Source: Eledone cirrhosa
Lineage: Eukaryota
NCBI GenBank assembly: GCA_964016885.1
Contig: OZ024749.1
Span: forward strand, 35,340,001-35,404,000
DNA length: 64,000 nt
Direction of reading: 5' to 3'
The translations under genes were made by a program, and so were the position numbers. Numbering within the stretch: the stretch's first letter is position 1; each line of letters starts with the position of its first letter. A model generated the notes under the pieces. The model saw only the letters and a list, made by a program, of their open reading frames with translations, was not told the origin of the DNA and searched no databases. Shown in pieces: positions 26,316 through 40,554 of this stretch.

Positions 26316-27736
26316 ACAAGTTAATTCTGTGGAAATTCCACGGTTTAATTAGATCGATATAGTATTTAAAATATTTTATTTATGAGTTATATATACACAC
26401 ACAATATATACAGTACTTAATTACATATATACAACACAACAAAATAAATTGAATAGATTTAACAAATGACTGAAACTACCAAAATGGAATATTTAACTCA
26501 TTTATAATTTGAAGATAAATGATATTTTTTGTCAAATTAATTCTTTTTGCTTTGGCCTTGCTGCCACCACCACCAGCACTGCTGCTGCTCTCCCCCCTCT
26601 CTCTCCCTTATACACACACACACTCTTACCATCCTCTTTCCACAACATGACAGACTTTTTATGCCACAGATACACCAACCTTAATATAAAAGATAGTTTA
26701 GTATCATAGAACCATTATGCATGGAGATTGACCGAATCCTTAGAGCAAATGGAAAAATTCATTAAGATATTTATTCAAGCTCTTTATACTCTGAGTTCAC
26801 GTCCCACCAAAGTTAACTTTATCGCATACTTCTGAGGTCAATAAAATAAAGCACTGGTCACGTACTGGGGTTGATTTAATCAGCTTTTCCCTTTCCTATA
26901 ATGGCTAGCCTTGTGACTAAATTAAAAAAAACCCATTATCTTTATGAGGGTGATGTATTCGTAGAATCTTTAGTCCAGTAATTCCTTATGGCTCTCTATA
27001 TTCCGGAGTTGATTTCCTAAACATTAAAATGGAAGATTTTAATATATGGCCAGTTTTGTATCATAAAGCCAGTGGTGGTTTTAGGTGGGTTGGTATCTAA
27101 AGGGGTTCAATATCCCTTCATGCCCCTAACATTGCTGGCCTTGTGCCTAAATTAGAAATCATTATTATTTCTATTACTAGAGTGAGCAATATGTTGGGAT
27201 TAAGTTAGAAATAAGTTAGAGAGAGAGAAAACAGGTTATTTTGAGTTACAGTTTTCTCCAGTGACTATCTGAAAAATCACTTCATTAGTTCAATACACTT
27301 TCACATCAGTTAAAGTGCCAAGATTTGTGAAGAAAAGAAAAAAAAATTAAACATTTTCATTTTTAGTTTGGAAGATGTCCAGAGATAGAAGGATTGGCAG
27401 AAGATGAGTGAAAACGTCCAGCAACCAACATCCAGCCACACATTACAACATTAATTATACATAAATCAGGACATACTTAAAACCCTTTGAAGTGTTAAAT
27501 GACTACATTTCACTGATCCAGAAAGATATTTCTGTTACATGCTTGCAATGGACACCAGATTAACTGACATGGCTAAATCATGTTGCCTTCACTGTTATAT
27601 CTGATAGAATATAACTGCCATAAAACTTGTTCCTTTAACCCACAGATTTATAATGTCCTCATAGCAGAAGAGGAGCAGATTTTAACATCTTACACTGATT
27701 TAACAAAATCTGTTATAGCAAATGTATGATTATCTT

Positions 27737-28573
27737 AAGGCGGTGAATTGGCAGTTGTAGGGTGTTAGATTAAAAATGCTTTGGTATTTGTTCTGGCTGA
27801 CAGTGTTCTGAGTTCAAATCCTGCTGCGGTCAACTTTGCCTTTTATATTTTGAAGGTCAATAAAGTACCAGTCCAATATTGAAGTAAATTCTTCCTTTCC
27901 TTCTCTCTCTATCATTCTTTATTTCTCTGGAAGAAAGTGTTCCAACTTGGAGACAGATGAGCTCTGCCAGATTTTAAATGCCCAAGACATGCTGTGTGTC
28001 AGAACAGTGCCCCTATGATTCCACCAGGAGTTAAAGGCCCTTTAAGGAAGTGTATTGGTAGAGTTGTTATGGTGTCAGATTAATAATTCTTTAATGTTTG
28101 TTCCAGCTCATTGCACTCTGAGATCAACTGCTGCCAAGGTCTACTTTGCTTTTCATCCTTTTCAGCTCAATGGAAGTACATGTCCAAATACTGAAGTTCC
28201 TTTTCATCCTTTCTCTTTCACTGAAAGGAGCTGCATTCTGACCTGGAGAGTGATGGGCTTTGTCAGGTTTAAAATACCCAACACATTTGTCAGGATGATG
28301 CTCCTACAACTCCAAAAGACTCTTGTATTTAACCCTTTTGATACCACCTAAAACTGCCACTGATTTTATGATACAAAATTGCCCATTTTAAAATGTTCAT
28401 ATTTATATTAAAACCTGCCAGCTTAATTTTCTTTAAGAAATGTTTGCTAAATAATGTTCCTTTCATTGAAACATTAATTATATCATTAAGTCATCAACAT
28501 TTTCGATTATTTTCAAAATTAATTCGAACACATAGGAAGTGTATTTAATTAGAAATATGGTAGTAAAACGGTA
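27737..28573. mobile_element. Two older SINE family 2 relatives followed by a MITE family A copy (~28329-28573)
   Basis: GAGTTCAAATCC/AACTTTGCCTTT motifs; TTAACCCTTTTGATACC...AGAAATATGGTAGTAAAACGG. Confidence 0.6.
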
Positions 28574-29069
28574 AAGTAAATCTTACTACAGACTCTGCTA
28601 AAATTTCTCCTCTCATAGATTGTTATACAGTGAGAATAACAATCAAAAGAGAGAAAGGTTTATAGCTAGAGAAGAATGGAGTGAGTGTATATTATATTTT
28701 ATAACAAAGAACTTGAAATTACTATTCAGTTAGAAATATACATAGAGAAGAATGTATACCCAATATGGCTAAACAACCAGCCATCACCACCATTGCAGCC
28801 ACTACTACTACTACAATTATCATGAATATTTGTACAACAACCCCCAATCCTACCCTAACTGCTCTATTATTTTCATGGTGTCAGAAACTAAGTCAGTATC
28901 ACCATAGCAACATCAGTCCCTTTATGGGAATTCCCTCAATTTCAATAGAGAATCAAGTACCACATCAATACCTGTTGTTATTCCATGTTATTGAGAAGCT
29001 GGTTGTTATTGTTTTATTTCTAACTAAAGTAAACACAACATTGGTAAACAATAAAACAACTTAGAACCA

Positions 29070-29430
29070 TTAACCATTTCCAAACCAACCCAACCTAAAC
29101 CATTCCTGCTTCTATGAAATATACAACACCTATTTTAACACTTTAGCATTTAAACCAGCAGTATCCAGCCAGATTTCTCTCACCTCTTTCTTTTCAAACT
29201 GGCCGTAACTTGCCAGTTGAGGTATTGTTGAGGTATTGTTCTCAAAAGAAATAATATCAAAATCTCATAGATTTGATATTATGTGAGATAAATTGTTTAC
29301 CATGACAATATGATAGTAAATATAGAGTAATGTAAATGCTAAAGGGTTAAAAGGCCTCCTATTTAAAGTAAAATCTTCCAACATAATTTGATATAAGAAC
29401 CTTTTGTTAAGTTATATTACCAGAGCCTCT
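29070..29430. mobile_element. MITE family B (29135-29350) nested at TTAA in a family A copy
   Basis: TTAACACTTTAGCATTTA...TAAATGCTAAAGGGTTAA TIRs with TTAA duplication. Confidence 0.8.
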
Positions 29431-29766
29431 ATTATAATTTTGGGATTGGAGGGGCATAAGCATATATACTGTACATGTGTATTATTATTGCTCATGCTTT
29501 TTTTATCACCAATATGAGATTAAGAAAGAAATTAAAAGCATGATCATATTTAGAGCCAATAGAAAATCAGTGTAGCAACATTTGAACAGTAATACATCAT
29601 TTCTTAACCAACAAAACTTTAAGATCATTCAACAAGTTTCCACATTAATGGAGGAGCTTAAACCCCCAAAGCCCCTTAGCACCAAAAGCCTTGATTACAA
29701 ATAACATCTTAATAATTAAATAGTAAATCGTTCCAAATTCTTCATTAATTCATTAAAAAACAGTGA

Positions 29767-29842
29767 ATGGGGGTTGGCTGAAAAGTTCATTGACAGACCA
29801 AAACTCTCAAGGAATGACCAATTGAGGTTTATTTTTTAACAG
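29767..29842. mobile_element. Mariner-like TIR remnant
   Basis: GGGTTGGCTGAAAAGTTCAT resembles mariner TIRs; no partner end seen. Confidence 0.4.
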
Positions 29843-29999
29843 TCAATGGAAAGAAACAATGCAGTTATTAATAAGAAGAGTTGAAATTAATGCCTGCAAT
29901 ATTTCATAGCTCTAGCATCACTCCTACATAGTCAGCTTATTAACTTTTCAGCCCACTGTCGTATTTCGTTAGAAATATCGTAATGAAAAGGTTAAATAA

Positions 30000-30755
30000 A
30001 TACATTTGTAAACAATACAAACAACAGATGCAAATATATAACAACAACCAACAATACAAATAACAGATGTAAACATATATAACAACAACCAACAGATGTA
30101 AACATATATAACAACAACCAACAGATGTAAACATATATAAAACAAAAACCAAGAATACAAACAACACATGTAAACATATATAAAACAACAGCCAACAAAT
30201 TTCAACAGTTTCGGCTGTGAATGGTTTTGTTATTAATGTTACAGTATCTAATTTGTCAGTTCTTCCATAAGTTCCTGTGATTGACTGTATGTTCAGGTAA
30301 TATTAGATATTATGTATACAACACCTGCAATTAATTACATGTTCAGGTATTATTTATACAAAACATTATTATTATTTATACAAAACAGACTGCAACTATA
30401 TTCAGGTAATATTAGATATTGTTTATAAAGCACCTTTAACTAACTGACTATGTTCAGGTGATATTAATGACTATCTATGCAACACCTGTAATTAACTATG
30501 TTCAGGTAATACCAGGTATTGTTTATACAACACCTGTAATTGACTATATTCAGGTAATATCAGATATTGTTTATACAGCACCTATAATTAAATGACTATG
30601 TTCAGGTAATATTGAATTTTGCTTATATAATACCTGTAACTGACTTAGTCATGTTTATATAACACCTGCAACTGACTATGTTCAGGTAATGTTAGGTAGT
30701 ATTTATGCAATACCTGTAATTAACCAAGGTATGTTCAAGTAATATTAGATAGTAC
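30000..30755. repeat. ~30-bp minisatellite, then a degenerate ~55-60-bp repeat (GACTATGTTCAGGTAATATT..ACCTGTAAT)
   Basis: Recurring motifs. Confidence 0.8.
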
Positions 30756-30814
30756 TTATAATCCTTATAATAAACTATATCATTTGACCCATGAAAATAA
30801 GGAAAAGTAAACAT

Positions 30815-31010
30815 AATAATAATAATAATTGTTTCTACTTTAGGCACAAGGCCAGCAATTACCCAGTGCATTACTGGTACTTTATTTTATCGACTCCGTA
30901 AGGATGAAAGGCAAAGTCAACCTCGGCGGGATTTGAACTCAGACTGTAAAGGGACGTAACTATGCTGGAAAGCATGGCGTCCGACCCTCTACCGATACTG
31001 CCAATAATAA
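30815..31010 (-). mobile_element. SINE family 2 copy
   Basis: Reverse complement of 10591-10790. Confidence 0.92.
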
Positions 31011-31544
31011 TAATATTGCATAGATAACACTTTTTTTACTGGTTTTAGTCATTGGACTGTGGCCATGCTACGATACAACTTTAAAGAGATTTAGCCAGTT
31101 ATTTTGACAACAGTGCTTCTTTTTTTCAAGTCTGGTTCGGAAACAAACTCCTTAACTACACAGGCATGTCTATATCCATAATAAATATACCTATAATTAA
31201 CTACACCATATTCAGGTTAATATAAAATTTTAACAGGAATTTCCCTAAAATGTTTCAGCAAATAAACACCTTATTTTCTTCTTCTTCTACTCGTTATTGT
31301 TGTTTTGATTACTCTTTTTAACCACCACCACCCACCTTGTAATATTTATTCTCAGTATTTAACTACCAGCTGGTATTATTGAATATAGATTATTTATCCG
31401 CAAAATAATATTCCATCCTTCCTCACACCTGTTTTTGGCTCTAAATATCATAAATTAATTTATTATCATTAGTTTTTTTTGTTGTTGCTGAAGTTCTTGA
31501 GTGAAATTTAGTGGAAACTGAGTGTTGAATCCTGTTGTGTGTGG

Positions 31545-31617
<73 letters not shown>

Positions 31618-31909
31618 AGTGTGTCTGTGTTTATGTCCCATAGTTTGGCAAAAAAAACCCAAAACAACCCAAAAAACAAAAAGCGAACCAGTCTTGAATT
31701 AAAAAAAAAGTATTGGGGTTGATACAATTGACTAAATCTCTCCTAAGCAGTGCCCCAGCAAGGTCACTGTCCAACATGAAAGATTAAAAGTAAAAGTTTA
31801 AAAAGAACAAGAATTGCACACAGGTGCAATCCAGACAGACGCATGCAGATACAAACACTTGCAGCAACACATATTGGTAGACTGTATAAATATAGGATAT
31901 ATGAGTTTA

Positions 31910-32195
31910 CTGACTACTGTGTTTATTGTTTATTGTGTACTATGTTTATTGTTTACTGTCTACTGTGTATACTGTGTTTATTGTTTACTGTGTACTGTGT
32001 TTACTGTATACTGTGTTTACTGTGTTTACTGTGTACTGTGTTTACTGTGTACTGTGTTTACTGTATACTGTGTACTGTGTTTACTGTGTACTGTGTTTAC
32101 TGTATACTGTATACTGTGTTTACTGTGTACTGTGTTTACTGTATACTTTGTTTACTATATACTGTGTTTCTTGTGTACTGCATACTGTGTTTACT
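31910..32195. repeat. (TACTGTG)/(TTTACTGTG) short tandem repeat
   Basis: Direct inspection. Confidence 0.92.
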
Positions 32196-33594
32196 ATTTA
32201 CAAGGCATGTGGCCTAGTGGTTAGAGAATTGGATTTACAATCATGAGGTTGCAAGTATGATTCCCAGATCGGGCAATGCATTATGTCCTTGAGAAGACAC
32301 TTTATTTCACATTGCTCTTTCTGCTAGGATTTACGACAGATGGTTAGTATCAGCAATAGAAAGACCAAACATTGTTTCCTTGCTTTGATTGGATGAGTTC
32401 CACCCCACTCAGTAAGCAAATGATGTCTGAGAATTTGTTGATCATTATCTAACTGTGTACTGTGTATATTGCATACTGTGTATGGTGTATATTGCATACT
32501 GTGTATGGTGTATAATATGTAGTGTGTATACTGTATATATTGTGCATGGAACACTTGTATTGGACATAATGTTTCAATGGAAACGGTCACTGTCCTTTTC
32601 AACAATTGGTATTTCAGTTATTTCAATCAACAGAACAGCCTGCTTGTGAAATTAATGAGCAAATGGCCAAGCATTCCACAGACACATGTACCCTTAACAT
32701 AATTCTCAGGGAGATTCGGTGTGACAAGAATGGTCCTTTGAATTACAGCTTCCCAACAGTTTCTATATACCCACTATCTACCCAGTTTCACTTACGTCAT
32801 GGGTTGACCTGAGGTTATAGTAAATGAAACTTGCCCTAGGTGCCATGCAGTGGGATCAAACCCAGCACCTAATAATTGTGAAACAAACTGCTTAACTCTT
32901 CAACTATTTTGTGTCCATAAGCCAGTCATTAGTTGGTTTATGACTCTAGGGTTTCAGTCTTGTAATTTAAAAGTCCCAATCCTACATTAGACATCATAAC
33001 TTACCAATAAACACAGATTTCACAACGAATCTTTGACTATAATTAAACATAATGCCAGTATTCAGAGATTAAATTATTAGGGGAATATATTTTTGGAACT
33101 GAAGCTTCCATAGACACAGACAGTTCTGTAAACTGATACATCAGCAGAATAGTAGTAGTAATAGTACTAGTAGTAGTAATAATAATAGTAATGGTAATAA
33201 TAATAATAATAATGGTTTCTGATATAAGCAGAATTAATAATAATAATAATTGTGCTTGGTAATGCAGTGACGACACGCAATAAAAATAAGACTAATAATA
33301 ATAATTCTAATATTTGGTCAGATCAGCAACAATGGCAGCTCTTTCCACTGTTTCTATTCAAATCGTTGAATCTTCATAATTTCTTTTGTTAACTTGAAGA
33401 TGTTTGTTTGTATTCAAACATCTTCAACAATAACAATCCACCACTATCATCACCATCATTAGCTCTATCATCTCTTATTATTGCCACCACTAGTTTCATA
33501 ACCACCACAACTATCATCAACATCAACATCACCAATGACCAATGCCACTATCATCATCGTTACCATCACTACATATGTTCTATATTTGACATCA

Positions 33595-33830
33595 TTTCTA
33601 TTGCTGGATACCCTGCCTAACAACAACACCCTTACAGGATGTACTGGGTGCATTTTTTTTGTGGCATCACCAATACCACTCCACAGAGTGTAGTGGATGG
33701 CATTTTTTATGGCACCACCACTACCATTTTATAGGATGTTCTGGGAGTAATTTTACATGGTACCAACACTAACACTTAATAGGGTGTGCTGGGTGCATTT
33801 TTTATTGGTACTAATGCTAACACTTTTTAC
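33595..33830 (-). mobile_element. Old SINE family 1 relative with an expanded internal ~50-bp repeat
   Basis: GCTGGATACCCTGCCTAAC, then 4 units of ACACTTTACAGGGTGT.CTGGGTGCATTTTT..TGGCACC-like sequence. Confidence 0.55.
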
Positions 33831-33859
33831 ATATTGAATTCAAATGAGCATTGTCTTTG

Positions 33860-34550
33860 TGTGATGGTGGTGATGGTAGTAATGATTGTGATGATGGTGA
33901 TTGTGTTAATGGTGGAAGTAGTGGTGGTAGTGGTGGGGCTGATGGTAAAGGTGGTGGTGGTGGAGTTGATGATGTTGGTGGTGGTGGTGGAGTTGACGAA
34001 GATGACAGTTGTCATGGTGGTGATGATGATGGCAGTGGTGATTGTGATGATGGTGGTGGTGGTGGTGATGGTGGAAGTGGTGGAGGTAGTGTTGGAGGGG
34101 TGGGTGGGTGGGGGTGATGGTAATGGCGGTGGTGGTGGTGGAGTTGATGATGTTGGTGGTGGTGGTGGGGGAGTTCACGAAGATGACAGTTGTCATGGTG
34201 GTGATGGTAGTTGTGATGATGATGGCAGTGGCGATTGTGATGATGGTGGCGGTGGTGGTAGTGGTGATGGTGGAAGTGGTGGAGGTAGTGTTGGAGGGGG
34301 GGGGGGGTGATGGTAATGGCGGTGGTGGTGGTGGAGTTGATGATGTTGGTGGTGGTGGAGTTCACGAAGATGACAGTTGTCATGGTGGTGATGGTAGAGG
34401 TGGTGGTGGTGGAGTTGATGATGTTGGTGGTGGTGGTGGAGTTGATGATGTTGGTGGTGGTGGTGGTGGTGGTGGAGTTCACGAAGATGACAGTTGTCAT
34501 GGTGGTGATGGTAGAGGTAGAGGTGGTGGTGGTGGTGGTGGTGGTGGTGG
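33860..34550. repeat. (GGT)/(GAT) tract with internal duplications
   Basis: GAGTT(G/C)ACGAAGATGACAGTTGTCATGG occurs 4 times. Confidence 0.92.
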
Positions 34551-34865
34551 CCCGATACAAATCTGAAACTTCATCCCCATTGCACACTACACATGTCTGT
34601 CATTGGAACAAATGTGAGAACAAATCAGTTAGAATACAGCAGTGTTTTATGTTTGCCTCTCCAGGTCTGTAGGTGACAGGTATATATGTTGACACAGCAC
34701 TTCTGCTATGACTGACAGACCCTGATAGTTAAAAGCAACATTATTTGATTGCTTCCTTAATGACACAACTACAGTTACAGCTAGAGCCAGACACACCACC
34801 AATAAAACTACACAAAATACTACCATAGGACAAATATTGTATTAATATTTGTTGATTTAGTTGAT

Positions 34866-34951
<86 letters not shown>

Positions 34952-35104
34952 CCATGCCAGCGGGGGGGAAAATGGACGTTAAATGGTGATGATGACGATG
35001 ATGATATATATATATTTTACACATCTCTATATCCACTCTACATCTCCCCATGTATCAACCAACTACTTGCATGATTAGTGGTCTCCTTGGTTTCAGCACT
35101 GCAG

Positions 35105-35181
<77 letters not shown>

Positions 35182-35809
35182 ATTCACACACACACACATA
35201 TATATATATATATAGATATATATATCTATATATATATATATATATCTATGACTATTGTATTGGGGATTATAACTAAAAAGAAAAAAAATATGAAATCAAA
35301 GAAATTATTCCAAAGTATTTTGTTAAAACAGCAGAAGTGAAATATAAATGGCAACAGGTTTCAGGATTTGATGTAGCTTTAGTAAATTACTTGTGTTGAG
35401 ATGGTAGTAAAAAGTATGGTGTATTGGTATTGTAAAATGTTGGTGTTGGATGAGAGGGGGGGGGGGAGGCAGAAGGAGGTGATGTTTACTAAGGGGAAGG
35501 ATCTCTGGGAGTCTGTCTCATTTATCAGTTTTACAGTTCATATCTTGAAGATAAAGAAAATATTTGAATAATAAAGAATAATATTCAAACAAACAGTTGT
35601 TAGAGATTTGAAAAGCTGTCTTTTGTATTGTTGTTAGTTCAGGTAGAAGAAGGAAAAGAAGTAAATGAACAAGCAGAAAAAGAAAACCAAGAAGAAGAAG
35701 AAGAGATAGAGAGAGGACTGTATTTAATCATTGTTGTACTGTATGGAGACAAACATATGGATGTACTGTTGCATGAAACTAAACGCACAAACAGTTGGAT
35801 ATTTTTTAT

Positions 35810-36202
35810 TAATAATAATAATAATAATAATAATAATTGTTTCTACTTTTGGCACAAGGTCAACAATTACCAGTGCATTACTGGTACTTTATTTTATCGA
35901 CCCAGTAAGGATGAAAGGCAAAGTAAACCTCGGTGGGATTTGAACTCAGAATGGCAAGGGCCATAATTCTATGCATCAAAGCATGGCGCCCGACCCTCTA
36001 CCGATACTGCCAATCCACCGCCCTTTAATAATAATAATTGTTTCTACTTTAGGCACAAGGCCAGCAATTACCCAGTGTATTACTGGTACTTTATTTTATC
36101 GACCCTGCAAGGATGAAAGGCAAAGTCAACCTCGGCGGGATTTGAACTCAGATCGTAAAGGGACGTAACTATGCTGGAAAGCATGGCATCCGACTCTCTA
36201 CT
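35810..36202 (-). mobile_element. Two tandem SINE family 2 copies
   Basis: Both match the family consensus; joined through an (AAT)n tail. Confidence 0.92.
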
Positions 36203-36866
36203 GAATAATAATAATGATAATAAATCTGATGTAAAAGAAGTTAATGAATGATAGCAACATCATGGCAGAAAAGACAGAAACAAAGATAAACATCATTGAA
36301 GTTTGTGGACAGAAAAACTGGCAATCACTTGCCATATACATGTGTGTGTGTGTGTGTGTGTGTGCATGTGCGTGTGTGTGTGTGTGTGTGCGTGTATCTG
36401 TGTGTGTGTGTGTGTGTGTGCGTGTGCGTGTGTGTGTGTGTGTGCGTGTGTATTTCCAGCTAGCACCTATACTCCTATATACACATATATGTGTATATGT
36501 GCTTGTCAATACTTATACACACTCTCCAGTGAGCTACCTAGCATGGGAGCATCCACATTGTTACTCAACCTGCTAGAAATAATCTCTCAAGTACATAATG
36601 GGTAATGTGTTCCTGGAAAGTAAAGCTAGAATGCCTTTGACCACAAGTCTGCTAAATAAGGGTTACCTTTGATATAATTGACTTTAAGGTGTTGCCCCTT
36701 CACAGAGCTCACTTTTGCAAGAATATTGCAATAGTACAGAAAACAATATAGTACAGAAAACAAAATAGTACAGAAAACAATATAATCATATAATGATTAA
36801 CTTATGACAAGATACAAGCAATCAGAACATAAAAATATTACTTACATTACTTGCTATACTTAAACT

Positions 36867-36968
36867 ACTCCTATACAGCTGTTTCGAATCTCAGAGAAAA
36901 AGTCAATGAACTATCACTGATAAATAAATAAGATGGACTTCAAGACACAGATTCTCTTCAGTAGGAGT
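36867..36968 (-). ncRNA. Minimal type I hammerhead ribozyme (Penelope-like-element type)
   Basis: Minus strand: ACTCCTA-CTGAAGA-GAATCT-(57 nt)-AGATTC-GAAA-C-AGCT-G-TA/TAGGAGT. 7-bp stem I, 6-bp stem II, intact core, palindromic stem III, GUA cleavage triplet. Confidence 0.85.
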
Positions 36969-37281
36969 TGTCTATTATATATATATATATAATAAAACAA
37001 CCCCGATGTTATAGAACAACCATGACTCTTACAATCAGACTCAGACTCTCACAATCAAAAGACAAATACCCTAACCCCCATGCCATGCACCTTCACACAT
37101 AGAACAGCAATACTTAATAAACATATGTCATGTTTAACTATCTCTTCTCCAACTAACATCCTTGCTTCTATGTTTATAGAAAATTGAGAAACAGACAAAA
37201 TAACTGACATAAAAATCCAATTTTTGAGATAAATTCCTCCTATGAACATATTAATACTTTTTATGCTTCCAAAATTGTTAT

Positions 37282-37314
<33 letters not shown>

Positions 37315-37924
37315 CACACATGCATACATACATATACATACATACATACACACGCACATGTTTATGTCGTGTAAATTGATGTTATCTAGATATTGAACAA
37401 GGTTAAGAAATTCTCGGCCTGTTAGTGACATTGTTTGAAATGGAATGGTATGGTGGTGTGGTATGGTGTGGTGGTATCATATCCATTAAGGAATGGTGGA
37501 TGTTACAGCATGGTATAGTGGTATAGCGTATAATACAATATGGTATATGGTGTACAGTACAGTGTATGATGGTGTATAGTTAGGAATGACGTATGGTGTA
37601 GTATGATGATATAGTGTACAGTGCATGTCTGTAAGGAGAATTAATGGCGCCAATGTTTAGATAAGAAATCTTTAAATTACACATTCAGTGATATAAACCT
37701 GCCGATGCAATGGAAATGTGCAGCATAATTGCAGTGTTGTGCAACATTTACAGAGGTGGTACAAATATTGTATTCTGAATAGATGTAAAATTAGTGACAT
37801 CAGCCCAAAACACATCTCCAGCATTATATTACATTATATATGATACTGGTACACAGGTTAAATTTGAAAATAGTTTTACACATGTCAAACTAATGTGTTT
37901 TTCATATGATATATTCTCAAACTG

Positions 37925-38340
37925 TGAAGGGATATGGCTTAGTGGTTAAGGTGTTTGATTACCAGTGGCGTATTGTATCCTTAAGCAAGACACTTTATTT
38001 CACACTACTCTACTTCATTTAGCTGGAAAAAATTACTTGTACCTGTAATTCAAGTCACACAGTCACACACTGTGTCATGCTGAATCTTCCTGAGAGCTAC
38101 ATTAAGGGTACACATGTCTGTGGATTGTTCAGCCACATGCATGATAATACAAGATGGATTGTACCTGTAATTCAAAGAGCTAGCCTTGTAACACACTGTG
38201 TCATACTGAATCTCCTTGAAAACGACACAAAGGGAGCATGCTTCTGTGGAGTACTTAGCCACTTGCACATTCATTTCACAACCAGGCTGTTCCATTGATT
38301 GAACAATTCGAACACTCATTGTCAGAACTGATGGAGATCC
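37925..38340 (+). mobile_element. tRNA-SINE family 4 with a duplicated body
   Basis: TGGCTTAGTGG head; GTACCTGTAATTCAA..GCTGAATCT..TGTGGA..CAGCCAC present twice. Confidence 0.75.
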
Positions 38341-38595
38341 AACATACACACATCATACACATATCACACATGCACACACATCACACACCACACACATACA
38401 CACATCACACGCCACACACATATACACACATTAAACTAAAAGGTAATTTCATTTCCTTCTGTGATTTATTTATGAAAGAGTTTGACTGAGAGATGGATAA
38501 GAAGATCTCATTCAAACTTTAACCCTAAAACCTCCATGTTAACAGACTCCTACACATGTAGGTTTTGATAAAGTTTTAGAGCAGCTACTTCAATG

Positions 38596-39391
38596 TTAAC
38601 TCTTAACAACCTGTACCACATGTGACCATATTAGAAAGATATTCTAAATAAGTATAAAACAGCACTATGACTGCATTACATTAAAGTGATACAATTTTCA
38701 CAATCATCTGGAGGCACATGGCTTAGTGGTTAGAGCATTGGCCTTGCAATCAAAAGGTTGTGAGTTCAATTCTCGAACCGGGTGATGTATTGTTTCCTTG
38801 AGCAAGACACTTTATTTCACATTGCTCCAGTTTACTCAGCTGTAGAAATGAGATGGTAGGGACTGGGGTCCCTATCATTCCACTGCAAAGTGGTCGTGGA
38901 GGTGCCACGGCAAAAAAGCACCCAGCACTCACTGTAAATGAGGTTGGTGTTAGGAAGGGCATCCAGCTGTAAAAATCAAGCCAGAATCAGTTCCCGTCCC
39001 ACCCTTGCAAGCAGGGAAAAGCAGACGTAAAATGAAATGAAAATGAAATGATCTGTCTAGTAAAAAAAATACTATAAACATTGAATTAGTAAACCACATG
39101 AAATCCCATTAGCAAGACATTCTGGAAAAGTACAAAACAGCACTATGTCTGCATCACATTAACAATTATATCCTGATTTATACTTTTGATAATGTGGTTA
39201 ATGTGGTTTGATAATCTGGTTAATGTGGTTTGATAATTCAAATGTTTATTGTATCTTTACCAGTGGACAGAATGTTGTGAAAATTTACAGTAAACTTTAA
39301 TTTTTTCATGTGATGCAGTCAGTGTTGTATTATATTTTTCAAGAATGTCTTGATAATGTGGTTTCATGTGGCCCAGGATGTTAAGAGTTAA
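38596..39391. mobile_element. TTAA-flanked foldback element (family C) with long inverted subterminal repeats
   Basis: TTAACTCTTAACAACCTGTACCACATG ... CATGTGGCCCAGGATGTTAAGAGTTAA; ~125-bp units direct on the left, inverted on the right. Confidence 0.7.
38710..39050 (+). mobile_element. SINE family 1, full length, inserted in the family C element
   Basis: A/B boxes, RTE tail, TSD-like AAT(C/G)ATCTG on both sides. Confidence 0.94.
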
Positions 39392-40554
39392 TAAAGAGTT
39401 CTATATAAATTTAATCATAGTCACTAATTAAAAGCTTCCATTGCAGATAATAAAATAAATATAAACTAGCAAAAAGGAAAATTTCTCAAGACATTAATAG
39501 AGAAGAATCTAGGAAGACTGATTGTTTATTTGTAGTTTGTAAATAACAATGATGGTGGTGGTGATGGTGGTGGTGGGGGCAATTAGTTGTTTATTTTGGG
39601 GAAAGTAAGCTATTGTGGTAGTGGTGGTGGTGGGGGCTGGGACATAAATCACTAGAGAGAGAAAGTAGTGGTGGTGGTGGTGGTGATGGTAGTGATAATA
39701 ATATTGATGATGATGATGATGATGATGACAGGGATGCTGATGATGATGATGGTGACTATGACAGTGATGATGGCGACGCTGATGACAATGATAAAAGTGC
39801 TAATTCCCAATATAGTCTCCATTGAAAAGCACCATGCACTCACACACATACATACACTCACACATACACATACACCCAGATATACACACACACTCATACA
39901 CACAAACTCCCCCTCTCTCTCACACACACACAATAAGATAGTTAGAATAAAACAATCACATTTATCAGTATAATTTGATTACAGTGTTTTCTAAACCAAA
40001 TACATATACACACAAACAGATGTACTCACAGGTACACATAGACAACATACTATCAATGTTGGAGTTTGTGCGGAATAGTGAGGAGACTTTCAAAGCTGTA
40101 ATCAAAATAAATAAAAATTACAGAAAAAAGCTGTGAAATTTTAACGAAAGAGAGTTAAGTAGTTTAATTAAAGTAGAATTGAAGTAGATAAATTGTTTTT
40201 AAGTTGTCCAAATTCTTTAACTGAGATAAGTCAAAACTTTAATTGGTGTCTGTTAAATTATCTGTAACTAAAAGACAGAGGTTAAAATGAACACTTTGAC
40301 AAGTCCCTCATTGTGGCATTGAGTTACGGTCCTTTACATTCAGTTTTCAATTTCTGCCAAGCTTAGCTTTGCCTTTCACCCTTCAGGGGTCGATAAAATA
40401 AAGCTGGTATTTGGAACACAACAAAGATTTTTATATACAATTATGATAGAAGGTTTTTAAATAAATATAAGCACTTTAAAATAAATCTTGGACCAAGCTA
40501 AACTCACTCCCATGCAGTGGGTCCTGGGGAAGCAATCTAAACTATAATAAAGTA

